Source: Macrostomum hystrix (Eukaryota; Animalia; Platyhelminthes). Taken from it: a stretch of 64,000 bases of DNA. Positions 48,101 to 60,100 of the stretch are shown one piece after another. Each line of letters begins with the position of its first letter. The stretch's first letter is position 1. The stretch is taken from the NCBI GenBank assembly GCA_950097015.1, contig CATNEN010000025.1, positions 3,596,001 to 3,660,000 on the forward strand, read 5' to 3'. The notes below the pieces were generated by a model. That model saw only the letters and a list, made by a program, of their open reading frames with translations, was not told where the DNA came from and made no database searches. Both the position numbers and the translations under genes were made by a program.

Positions 48101-51100
48101 AAGACGACGCTTCACCCGCTGCGGAGCTTTTTGCACACACATTGAGCAATGCACGTGTCTGTGCAGCTGACAAGCACGTGTCGACTTGTACTGCAAAGTC
48201 TGCCTCGCTATCCTGACGCTGCTTGGCGTGGAGGGCTTCTTCCTCTGAATGTTTATCGGACAGGACGACTGTCGCTGCCGACACGTTGCCACAGAGCATG
48301 GTCGAGGCTTGCGTAATTAAGGCGTTGCACTGCGTCGCTCTGTGCTCCAGTGCGGCAGCGCGCCGCTGCTCTGCTTGGAGTTCGCAGAGAAGTGACGACT
48401 CCATCTTCGTCAGTACTTTATTTCGCTCCTTTAGGGCGTCCAGTTGGCTGTTGAAAGTCTGCTCCAATGACGCCTTCTTGCGGAGTTCAGTAATACAATA
48501 CAATGCAATACAATTGTGAAAAAAACGCATTCGCATTATTACCGAGGCAATATGTAACATCTATGCGATCACGATTTATGCAAGTATACTGGTAGTTATA
48601 CGGGTACGATTCTCACGCAGTGTTTCTACTAGGCTTGAGCTCCGCTGAAGCTCTATGAGAAGGCTGTGGCATGAGGCGCACGCTCTAGGCAGGTCAACTG
48701 GTGTGGCATGAACGTTTGTCATGGCCGCCTCGCCGGTAGCCTCGGCCTTCCTCTGGAATGGCCCCTTGATTAAGGTGCCAAACCAGCGCTTAGCCTTCTG
48801 GCGATTTGTTTTTGCGGTTACGATCAGGACTTCTTCGCCAATCGCGATTTACCCAATCACTCCACGTCGACGAGACACAATGAGCGGCGCAGTACTACTT
48901 GATGTGGAGACAACCTCTGTACGCATGTGAAAGTGTTTGTATTGAAACACAAAAAACGCTCTTTGTCCTCCATTTTGTAGCCCTGCATTTCACCAATTTC
49001 CTGATCGTCATCAGCGTTTTCAGCCTCGAGCGACACTGCAATTTCAGTCGGGGCTGCAGCAGTTAAAGGCGCCGAGACAGCCGTTGGAAGCGCCCATATA
49101 GCAGCTAGCGGCGCCAAGACAGCAGCAGGAGGCGCCGAGACAACAGTTGGAGGCACCGAGACAGCAGTTGGAGGCGCCGAGACAGCAGTTGGAGGCGCCG
49201 AGACAGCAGTTGGAGGCGCCGAGACAGCAGTTGGAGGCGCCGAGACAGCAGTTGGAGGCGCCGAGACAGCAGCAGGAGGCGCCGAGACAACAGTTGGAGG
49301 CGCCGAGACAGCAGTTGGAGGCGCCGAGACAGCAGTTGGATTCAACTGTTTCGAACCTCGAGGCGCTGCAACCGAGTCGCAGGAATGCGACTTACTTTTC
49401 TTGGATGGCTTCTTGCTGTGTGGTTTAGCAGCCTGCTGACAATGGTTGGAAGCCTTGCGCTTTCTTTTTTCTGTAGACGATTCCGACGTAGTTGTCTTCA
49501 CGGATGCCTTGCCAGAAGCTTTGGACTTCATTGCGCTGCACGGGCTGCAAATGAAGGTGTTTCGAGAAATCCTATATGTAATTAGCAAAATACTTTCTAA
49601 GTAGCTCATACTATTCATCATTTAGCCACTAAGAAATGAAGCAAATAAAAAGAGGAACGGAAAGTGCAGAAAGTGGAAGCTTGAGGAATTATATTTTATT
49701 ATTCGCCGATCAATGACATTGTTCATCGGTTATACCGCCAGTACCTGGACAAATATATAGAAGCTGTGGAAATGTGTTAGCCGTACTATTATGCGTATAA
49801 TGTTGTTCATAAAACAATTTATTTACTTAATTGAAAGTATACACATCATTCCTACTTCGCAATTCTCCAGCTCCTAACTTCTATTTAAAGTACCGTTCAA
49901 TGTACTGTACTCTATCTATATATAAGCTCGAAAATATTTATTTACTCTGGCAACTGAGGCTGGCTCGATATTTTTCTGCTTTAACCGATTTTAATGCTGA
50001 TCCGCGATCGATGGGGACGGGGGGAAATTAGTTATCACTAATTTTCAGGATTTGCAGAATCCCATTTTCAGGTACATATATTCTGGATATAATTGTAAGG
50101 AGAAACGGGCTACATCGAATATATTGTTCCCTCAGTTTCCTCCGCGGCTGCGGCAAGAAGACCATTCATTCCATCTTCCGGCCCTCTACCGTAAGCGCGG
50201 TACGAGCAGACTTTCACAGTCTTGTTGAAGACAGGTGATGGCGAGCGGCTATTGGAGTCAGCGTCGGGGTCGAAGTTAGCAAACAGAGAACTGCCTGCAC
50301 AGCACACAGAGACTGACTCGCCTTGACTGTGAAGATCGAAAGTCTCGAGCTCATCCATTGCTTCGCGGTATTCCTACAGATGGTATAAATAAAGACATGC
50401 TGAAGTTAACAGTCCCGATTTTCTCTACTAAGTAACCCTCCCACCAATACGTGTATAAATTCTTACCTGCACGGCAACTTCTGCGCGCTGTAGCGCCCGA
50501 ACACATTTCTCGTGCAGTCGGGCTCTTTCATCATAAGCCTCATTTATGCAAGTGCTCGAACGTAATTCTGCAGTCTCTAGAGTCGAAGCTGGTTCGGAGG
50601 CTCCGACGTCGCAGAAATAGTTTTGCTCAGCCGCAATATGGGCCCTGCTGGCCGGACTCAGGTTGCCGTAGAAGGCGAATAGATTTTCCGACTGCGCTTC
50701 CATTTCCGGTTCACCTGCACCAGCGGAATATTCGACATTAGTCCGAACAGCGTCAGCGGAGACAGCAGTTTGTTTCGCTACTACACTGGCGCGCATTTCG
50801 CGCAGCCAGTGCTCCTCAATCGGTTGTTCCTTCTGAAGCCACTTTGCAGGTCTTGGACGCTTCTCCATGAATGCTTGGTGAAAATCAATGAACATAGAAT
50901 TAGTGGAAGTAGTTGTCATGACGTCACGAGGCCTATAAAACCCTTCCATTATAGCCTGAGACAATATTCGTAACGAGAACAACGAAGCAGCAACGTGCAG
51001 TGGTTCTAGGTATTAGCAATTTAAGTGGAGAATGCGTTTAATCATTCCACCTCATCTGTGTACTTATGTCAGCACAAATATATAATTTATAGCAGTCCTT

Positions 51101-54100
51101 ATTGCGCGATTCTCGTGCTCGTGCTAAACAATTCTCGCATTAACAGCAGCTGGAAGCAGTCGCCAGTCACACACCGGCGTAAAAGTGTGAATTTATGATA
51201 CGACAAGGTATTACAGTGGATCAATTTATGAGATGCCAGAGTTATAAAAAACGAGTGACATCAGCGAAGAAGAAAAACAGCAGGGAACAAAAACTGACGT
51301 AATTAGAACTAGTTAGAAGTATTGAGCTGCACATATTTCTAATGTAAGCATGTAAGTAGCATAAGCATGACCATGTGACAATAGCAAGTATGTTTGGAAG
51401 CATATGCTGCAAGACGTAGGAGCATAAATAATGCATGCAGACAGGTGCCTAAGCAAAACAAGTCTGCGGATGCGACATCAAGTCAATATGCGTGTCCGTC
51501 AAAACACATGCGCCGAGAATGTCGGTCACAGGGACCTGAAATTCGTCACCTAGGTTTTCGAATGGATCGGCTGCCAGCTGCCGGATGTGAGTGAAGGAGC
51601 AACGGCGATTCGGCGAAGTCGCGGGAACAGCAGCCAGCGCTTCCAACGGATTCCAGTCCGAATGAAGGACAGGCAAACTAGCAAGTCCGACGATGACCTC
51701 CTGGCCGACGAGTTGCAGATTTTGAACGCGGGCAAACCTGAACACTGTAGGTTGACAGTCCACAACAGCAACAAACGCAGATGGAATTCGGCGCTGATCA
51801 ACGTGCCCTGCCTGATATGCACCCGTCAGTTTAAAGACTTCAAAAGTCCAACCAGATAGCAAGTTGACACTGCGCCTGCCGTTCACCATACTAGCGGGAC
51901 GCAGGAGCAGAATGCCATTTATGACCGTGGATTCTGTACGGCGCATGGCAACCGGCTGTGGGGCCTCGTTGACCCGAAGTCGCGCTCCCGATTGAATTGT
52001 GGCGAAGCACCGCTCCACTGCACCGACCAGTTCCACATCCGTTCGGCGTGAGCCGTGAAGAAGTCTCCGAAGCTTGGTATGCATGGACTCAAAAAGTCCG
52101 GCAGACTGCTTGTGCAGTGGACCAGCCAGAGACACATGCGGCAGCATATGCACGCACACCTGGTGCGCATTGTAGGTCAAAGCCTTCGCGGAGTACAGCC
52201 GAACTAGATTGGCGTGAAAATGTCGCAGCGAGACCTCGACGTGCTGCAGCTCGCTCATCGGTGACCCTTCCCTGCTCATCCAGAAGACACAAGCAGATAG
52301 GATGCACAGGTGCTGGTAGTGTGAGTCAGCGAGAATGCTTCGCAAAACGAGCGGGGCTTAAAATGAGCAGCCACATCTCCAACTCGTGACCACGCAGGTG
52401 TCGCAGTTCCTTCACGGGCCGGACAGTATGGCGCTGCACACACCGCGGTACTCTGATCCTCAGCAGACGCTCGTCTATCTCGGCTGACCGAGTATGCAAG
52501 TAACAGCATTCTCCTAAACAGGCCCGACTCAGCTGATGCAAGTAGCAAGGCGGGGTCCCTCTGACGAAGTCGAATCCAGCTAACCGTCCTAGTGGAGAGT
52601 GCCCACGAACACCTAGAGTGTCTGCGTTGGGCTGGTGAACGTGTCGGTCGTGGTACTCCGCCAGGGTGTGTGTATCATTCATCGAGCGGACAGTCGTTTG
52701 CACGCATCCAAGCCGAGCTGCCGCATGCAGCATAGCTGGAGTAATTTCCACTTTGAATATGCGGCCGAATCCGAAAGGGTGTTGCGCTGATTGAATGTAG
52801 CACTTATCACATCCGAATTTGGCAGAAAAGCGCTTCATACACAACGCATCCGCTCGAGCTGGCGCGTCAAAAAGACCTAGTACTGGGTGCAGACGAATGT
52901 GACGTCGCACGCTATGACCATCAGTAATTGAGAGTCCACGAGTTCGGAGCAATGTTAGCTCGTCAACGACGATGGGTAGAAAAGCCCTCGGATGCATCTT
53001 CTGCTTGCCCGCCCAGACACCGCATATGATCACGAATCGCGACTTCAGCCTGTCGTGAACTTCGTTTACACACAGATACACTGGGCACATTTCAACACCG
53101 CTAGTGGAGAAAAGAGAGAAACCGTCGGCGCAGAACGTGTATGTCAGGTCACTGCGACTTTAAGGGTCAATTGTTTCGAGGAAACACCGATACAGGTCCC
53201 CATTCACAAAGTGGACAACGCCAGGATCGACGATCTGGTCAGCAGGGAAGACGACATTCTCCATAAGGCCAGGAGCTAGCTAGCGTTTGGATCTGTCGTC
53301 GGATGTTGAATGTCCAAAAGTTATTCACCTAATTTGAATTACAGTGTTCACAAAGCGAATCATTTGGATCGCACCGACCACGGCTGCTACGGTAACAGCA
53401 GTTACGATCTGCTACGATCCGTGTGACACGAGGCAGTGCCCAAAATCGACTGTGACGATCTGGATGCATTCAGAAGCGCGTTCTCAGTCCGTGGGAAAAT
53501 ATTGTTCGGCACAAGACGGCGCAGCATTGCCAAAATTCTGGTAGTGCCGCCCCGTGGAAAGCGCAGATCCCTGGCACAGAGATGGATTTCGACCATTTCT
53601 TCGCCGAACGAGACAGGCAACGCTTCATGCCATCTCTGCTGCAGTACTTCGTCTTGCAGCTGCGGTTCGTCGTCACCCTCATTATCGTCATCATTGTCGG
53701 CGGCGTCCTCACCGGACGACTGCAAACTGGTGGCGCCCTCGTCAGATGACTGAGCAGCGGCATCCTGGTCAGATGATCGATTGGCTGCATCCTCGTCAGA
53801 TGATTGAGCAGCGGCATCCTCGTCAGATGATTGAGCAGCGGCATCCTCGTCAGATGATTGAGCAGCCGTATCCTCGTCAGATGATTGAGCAGCGGCATCC
53901 TCGTCAGATGATTGAGCAGCGGCATCCTCGTCAGATGATTGAGCAGCCGTATCCTCGTCAGATGATTGAGCAGCGGCATCCTCGTCAGATGATTGACTGG
54001 CCGCATCCTCGTCAGATGATTGACTGGCTGCATCCTCGTCAGATGATTGACTGGCCGCATCCTCGTCAGATGATTGACTTGCGGTGCCCTCGTCAGCTGA

Positions 54101-57100
54101 CTGAGCAGCGGCGTCCTCGCCAGACTGACTGGATGAAGCGCTGCCAGTGGGACCTAATATGTGACACAGTTGGGGGCAACAATGCATCATAAAGAGTCGT
54201 CTTGTGGTGGAAGCAAAATAGACCGGCTAACGCGATAATGTTATATAACGAAGATTGCGAAATCTGGCTTGCAAGTCTTGTAATACCCGACACGCTTAGC
54301 AAATAAAAGAAAGCCACAAAACGGTAAAAGTCCCACCTGGACATGACGTTCCGGCAGAACCATGTTTGCCATTGGCAGCCGCATTACTGTTGGCGTCATT
54401 GCCCTCAACCGGTGGTACGCTAGCAACAGAATAACCCGATTGTTCGCCTGATGGCCCAACTCGGAGCGGAGAACGTGGTGGGATCGTCGCCGATTCGGTC
54501 TTAAATCTTCCGGCGTACGCGATAGCGCTTCATGAACAGTGCACGACGAAACTTAGCGTCATCTTCGTCATTCTCCATTGTTTATGCTGTAAGATTGAGT
54601 GACACACGAAGCTGAATTCACCTAGCTTACTGATACTAAGCTACACTATACTAATACTATACTATGCTATGCTCAGCTATACTATAATACTATTCTAAGC
54701 TATACTATACTATAATTAATACTACCAATAATAACTACCCATTAATAATTATTACTACTTACTAATATTGAATGACGGCACCTATGTAAATACAGATTTT
54801 AAGATTATTTAAGGCTGTTGAAATAAGGATCGGAAGGTCAAGGCTGCAACTTGCATAGCAGAATTGGTTCAGTTATTATTTAACAATAGTGTCAAAAGTG
54901 AGCACAAAATGGTACAGTTAAAGTAATTGCAATAACGAAGCGTTTTAAAAAACGTTGCTTAAGCCAACGCTGAATACAGTACCGAACGCAAACAAGAGCG
55001 AAAGAATTTATACAGTCCACAAAGTATCGGCCTGCACGCATTTTTCTGAAATTGGAGCGGACAAACAGTCGGATAAAAACCGGACGACAGATCGGACAAA
55101 TTTTTCCCTCATCCGAAATTCATCCGCTTTCTCGTCCACTTTCTTGTCCGCTTTTGGCCTGGAATGGAAGCGGACGAGAAATCGAATGAAATTCGGACGA
55201 AACATCAAAAAGAAGCGGATCATTCGCCCGATATTTGGTCCGCAACTTCGTACGACGTCGAAATCGGACGAAAACCGGGTAAATTTCGTCCGCTTCTGAA
55301 TTTCGTACAGAAATCGGTCAAAATCGGATGGGAATCGGACAAATAAGCGGACCAAAGTCCAGGCGGGGCCTAAAGTGCCTAAAAATCTAAATGTGAAGGA
55401 TAAATTGGCATGATTATTTTTTATATTGATAGCACATACATTTTTAAATAGCATGACAATTTTGATATACATTCATTGGCATACAATGTTGATATTTGCC
55501 AAGCTAGAACCAATTCTGGCATATACTAGGCCTATGGACCATCTTGACTAACCATATAGGGTGCAGCCAAGTAGTCAAACCTATGAGTATGACTATAGGC
55601 CTATAGTTAGGCCTGCCTTGAGGCCCAAATTAAATACAAATGCTTAAATTAAGACAATAAAGTTAAAGTAAAGTTAAATTAAGACCATTCAATCTCGGGT
55701 TTTATCATTCAAACTCAGGCTTTAATGTGGAGAAAGAATGTGAAAAACGAATGAACAGGTTATTATTCCTCAGCTCGGCATGTCACACAGGACCGAAAAA
55801 CAGACTTGTTAAACTTGTTAAACATAATGCAGTTCATACACATAACAAGTAGAACACCTCCAGCACCATAGTGAGGAACATACGGATTTGAACGGAATTG
55901 TTAATGTCTTTGATCAGAACAGTGACTCAGAGAAAAGGAATTGGCATAATGCACCGTGGATACAGTCGGCTGCAGGCAATATCCCAGTTTGCGACCTTCA
56001 GAGGCGTCAGGGTGTCCAGTGCAACGTGGCCCAGGCGCTCCAGGAGAAAATAGCGGCACTCTGCATAAGCTGACGCCATCTGGGCGGCCTCCAGCCTCTT
56101 CTTCAAGGAACTCGGGTTCAGTCAGCTGCTGCTTGATGACTGCCTTCACAGCGCTGTGTGCCATTTCACACGGGTTTAGAAACGGCGAGTAGGGCGGTAG
56201 CAATTGGATTGAAAATTGCCCACGGTGCTCCTCGGGCACAACGATCCCACGGTGAAACGTCGGTCTGTCACACACGATGACGACCGGAATATCGCCGATC
56301 TGCTGGCTGGCAGTCTGGACCAACTCGGTAACGAACTGCTGAAACCGTGCCTTTGTGCCGAAGATTGTGCCTTTGACCAGCCCCACAGCGGAGGAGATAG
56401 CCAGGCAGAGGCTCATGTTAGGTCCCCTCTAAGTTGTACACTGTCGGAGCACGGCCTGGCCTCGGGGTGATCGACCTTGAGTTCGGCGTGTCCATAGATT
56501 GTATCCCGTCTCGTCCACGTAGATGACGGTCGCATTCGGTGGCAGATCATTGACATATAACCAAGTGTGCGTAAACGTCTTAAGCTCGTGTATAGTTTAT
56601 GGCCCAAAGGCCATCAAAGAAATAGATTGAAGTGTGCAGTAAATTCCGCAACTGTGCGGTAAATGACATGACTATGCGGTAAATACCGCATGAACTGTAG
56701 GAATTTATTAAACGAGGTTAATTCCAAAGCACAATAAACAAACGAACAATGGCAATGCAAAGATTTTGGGGAGAGGTTGAACTCACAAAAATGTAACACA
56801 TTAAGATGGAGACGAAGTCTAGAATGTTAATCGGCAATAGTCAGTTCAAAGGTCACATCTTACCAAATTGTGCAGTTGGAAACCTGGCCATGAAAATTGA
56901 AAACCACCTGTATCTTCTCATTGCTTGATGATCCTTCCTGCGTCTTCTCCGTGGAACAAGACTTCTTAGGTGCTGGCTCCCCTGCATTCAGTGAGACGTG
57001 CAGAGACTCGCTCATGGCTTGCATTTCCCCAACGTAGCGAGACCCAAAGCGCAGGTATCGCTCGACTGTCTTGGTCGCTTTGTGGCCTGTTACTTTACAA

Positions 57101-60100
57101 ATGTCAGCGACGTTGTATCCAGCGGTGGAAAGCTGCTTGATGACCGTTGGTCTGATGCAGTGACCAGTGTAGCGCTTGCTCAATTTGGCGTCCTCTCTGA
57201 TGCGAGCCATCATGCCCGTCAAGGCATTGGCGCCTAGAGGCTGCTTTCCAAAAAACCAGCCGGTGTTCTGGAAACCGGTCAACCGGGGCTTCAGGATAAA
57301 TGCAGTCTCATTCGCACTGGAAGTGCTGGAAGTGCTGGGAATGCACTCTTCCCTCTTCTGGAGGTACATCCGCAGACATTGCACTGGACACTGGCTGTCT
57401 GCACTCGTCATTACGGCTTCCTTCACATTGCACGCCGATTGCTTGTCTAGGTCTTTCCCCACATTCTTTACTTTCTTCTCCCGAAAGCGTACCACGTCTC
57501 TACCGTCCGGTCCTTTCTCGAACGTGAAACTGTCCGGAGTCAAACCACGTAGCCATTCCCGGCCCCTTGTTCCGAAGTAGTATATCGTGTTGTAGTACAC
57601 TTCTTGCAACAGTCTAGTAGGAGTTGAGCGGTCAAAGTAGCTTGTCAGTCGGGTCAAATCCGCCGGTTCAATGGCCTCGAAATGAGTCACGGATCCACCT
57701 CGTGTGAAGAATCGCCTGCCAACTGCCTTCAGGGTCTCATTCGCACCGTAGAACTCTGGATCAGCAATAATATTGAAAGTGCGCAGCCGCATGAAGTGGC
57801 GGAACAGGGCAGCACGTATACACACTAGCGTTGCTGGAGAGTAAGGATTTCCGTCCCGGCGCTTTCGTGTCCCATAGAAGTAGCGCAGAGCATAGTTCAG
57901 AGTCTCCTTGGTGCACAAATCTTCACTTACTCCGATTGCCGGATAATCATCAAGAAAATGGCGAAACATACCGACGTACAATTCTTCTTGTCTCTTCGTC
58001 CCACGCACCTCGACTTCCTTCTCTAGCTCCTTTAGATTGTCGTCAAGTTGCATTACAGCGACTTCTTCCTCACTTGGACCTGTAGTGCCCGGAACCATGT
58101 CAAACACCCTCTCCATATCATCAGGTAGCACGGTTGCCAGGTCGCTTTGGCAGAGTTCGTCCACTATCGACACCACAGACTGCCAGTCTAAGTGAGATTC
58201 AATCTCACTTGCCGTCATGCCGGTAATTACGCCGCCAGGGCCCGATTTCATAAAGCGCTTGTCCGACAAATTACAACTGACAAGTGACAATTCCGTAAAT
58301 TAATGCGTTTCATAAACATGACCTACAAGTTGTCAATTCGACAAGTTACAAGTTACAAGTGACAAGTAAAATTCGACAAATTAAAAGCGCTTTTCTCGGG
58401 GTTTTGACCATAGATATTTGCTGAATCAGTTGCTTCTGCGCAGAATCGGCTCTTTTATTCATCCGAGTTTGACAAGTGGTTGGGACACTTGTAACACAGA
58501 TCGCAAACTTCTACTATATTTGCTTTCGCCATGTCCGACACGGAAGATGAAGAGTAGTTGGCAATGCTGGCAAGACAATTTCCAAGGACATTCAAGGAAC
58601 GTATTAATTTCCAGCCCCAAGGCTTTTACTTTTCTGAGCGTTTTAGACTCCGAACTGATCACGTGGAGAACTTGCTGCAAATAGTAAAAAAGTTTGTGTT
58701 AATAATTTTGTTATAGGGTGTGCTTACGTTAAAAAAAAGCGGACATTTTGCCCAGTGGCCCAAGCATTAATCCACCGTCTCCTGTCCAGATTGGAATTTG
58801 GTCGCAGTAAGCAAATGCTATGGAAGAAATTTATAATTTGGACAGGACTGTGTTTGAGATACCGGCCTTATAAAGCCTGAGTTTGAATGACAAAACCTGA
58901 GATTGAATATGTGGGTGTATATGGCACAGAGCGATAGTCTATGGGCCAAACCGCGCCAACTGACTGGATTAATTCTATGGGGGCTGAGTATGAATGACAA
59001 AACACTGAGATTGAATGGCAAAGGCTATACTAATAGGTCTTGCAGTCTGCCTTCATTGTTTTGTAACAGAGTCTCAATTTGAATGCCCAAGTCTCAATTT
59101 GCGTGTCAAAATGTCTATGGTCACAAGTTGTAGCAACAAGTGCTGGCTTGTCCGATAATGCATGGCGCAAGTGGACAAGTCTCAATTTGAATGTCCACAG
59201 TCTTATTTTGGTTGTCAAAAGCAGTTATTTGGGCATATGGCCCATGCCTATACTCACAATAACAATAAGCTCTAATAAAGTAGCTAGGCTAGTAATGAAA
59301 GTCGATGTAAATAAGAAATACAAAGCAAAACTAGCAAGGCTAGGCCTACTGTACTGGCCTATGAGAGAAGTTGGATGAACTTGATGAATTGACCTCATCT
59401 CATGGTCATACACAGGCTAGTCATAGACATGACATGACATGTAATGTATGTTGCAACACAGTGAAAAAAGAATGACATAAAAATAAGCAAGGGCACTCTT
59501 ATAAAGCCAAAGAAAGGCGAAGTGGATTTTAAGAGTAGGGCCTTACCAGCCTACAAAAAATAAAGCTAATATAGTAGTAGTACTTAGTAGGCCCTAATGC
59601 TCATTGAAAAGTCATCACAAGCAACTTGAAACACGTCCTAAAAATGGCCGACATTCTCTAGTCTAATGCGGATTGGTCAAAGCAAATTTTGTATTTCAGA
59701 TAAAACAAAAGCTAATATGTGTCACCATGCATTTTATTTAATTATGCAAGAAAGTGAAGCATTTCAATATTTTTACTCAATGTATATTCTGGAATAATAA
59801 TAATAAAATTACTCTGGTTTATGAAAGCAATTAGCCTGATTGTAATTCCAGTAATCAAATGTTCGCTGTTGCCTACTTTAAGTAGAAATATGAGACTCTT
59901 ACTTCAGTTACAAAAATCGCAATTAGATTGCTCACTGTAATTGCATTTCTGTCAATCGGCAATAAGCCGATTGCAATTAATGCAATTTTCTCAGTTGGAT
60001 TGCAATCTCAATAATTCTTTGGCAATCCACGCGTCTGGGGAAGCTACCATGCGATTGCTCGTGCACTCCCTAGACTTAAAGAAGGATCCAAGCCTTGGCC

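Larger units (their letters stand above)
45442..55367 (-). mobile_element. CACTA/EnSpm (CMC superfamily) DNA transposon, 9.9 kb
   Basis: Perfect 20-bp TIR CCCGCCTGGACTTTGGTCCG (45442-45461 and 55348-55367); 2-bp TSD GC; dense subterminal CGGAC motifs in both orientations; Transposase_21-like coding region. Confidence 0.9.
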
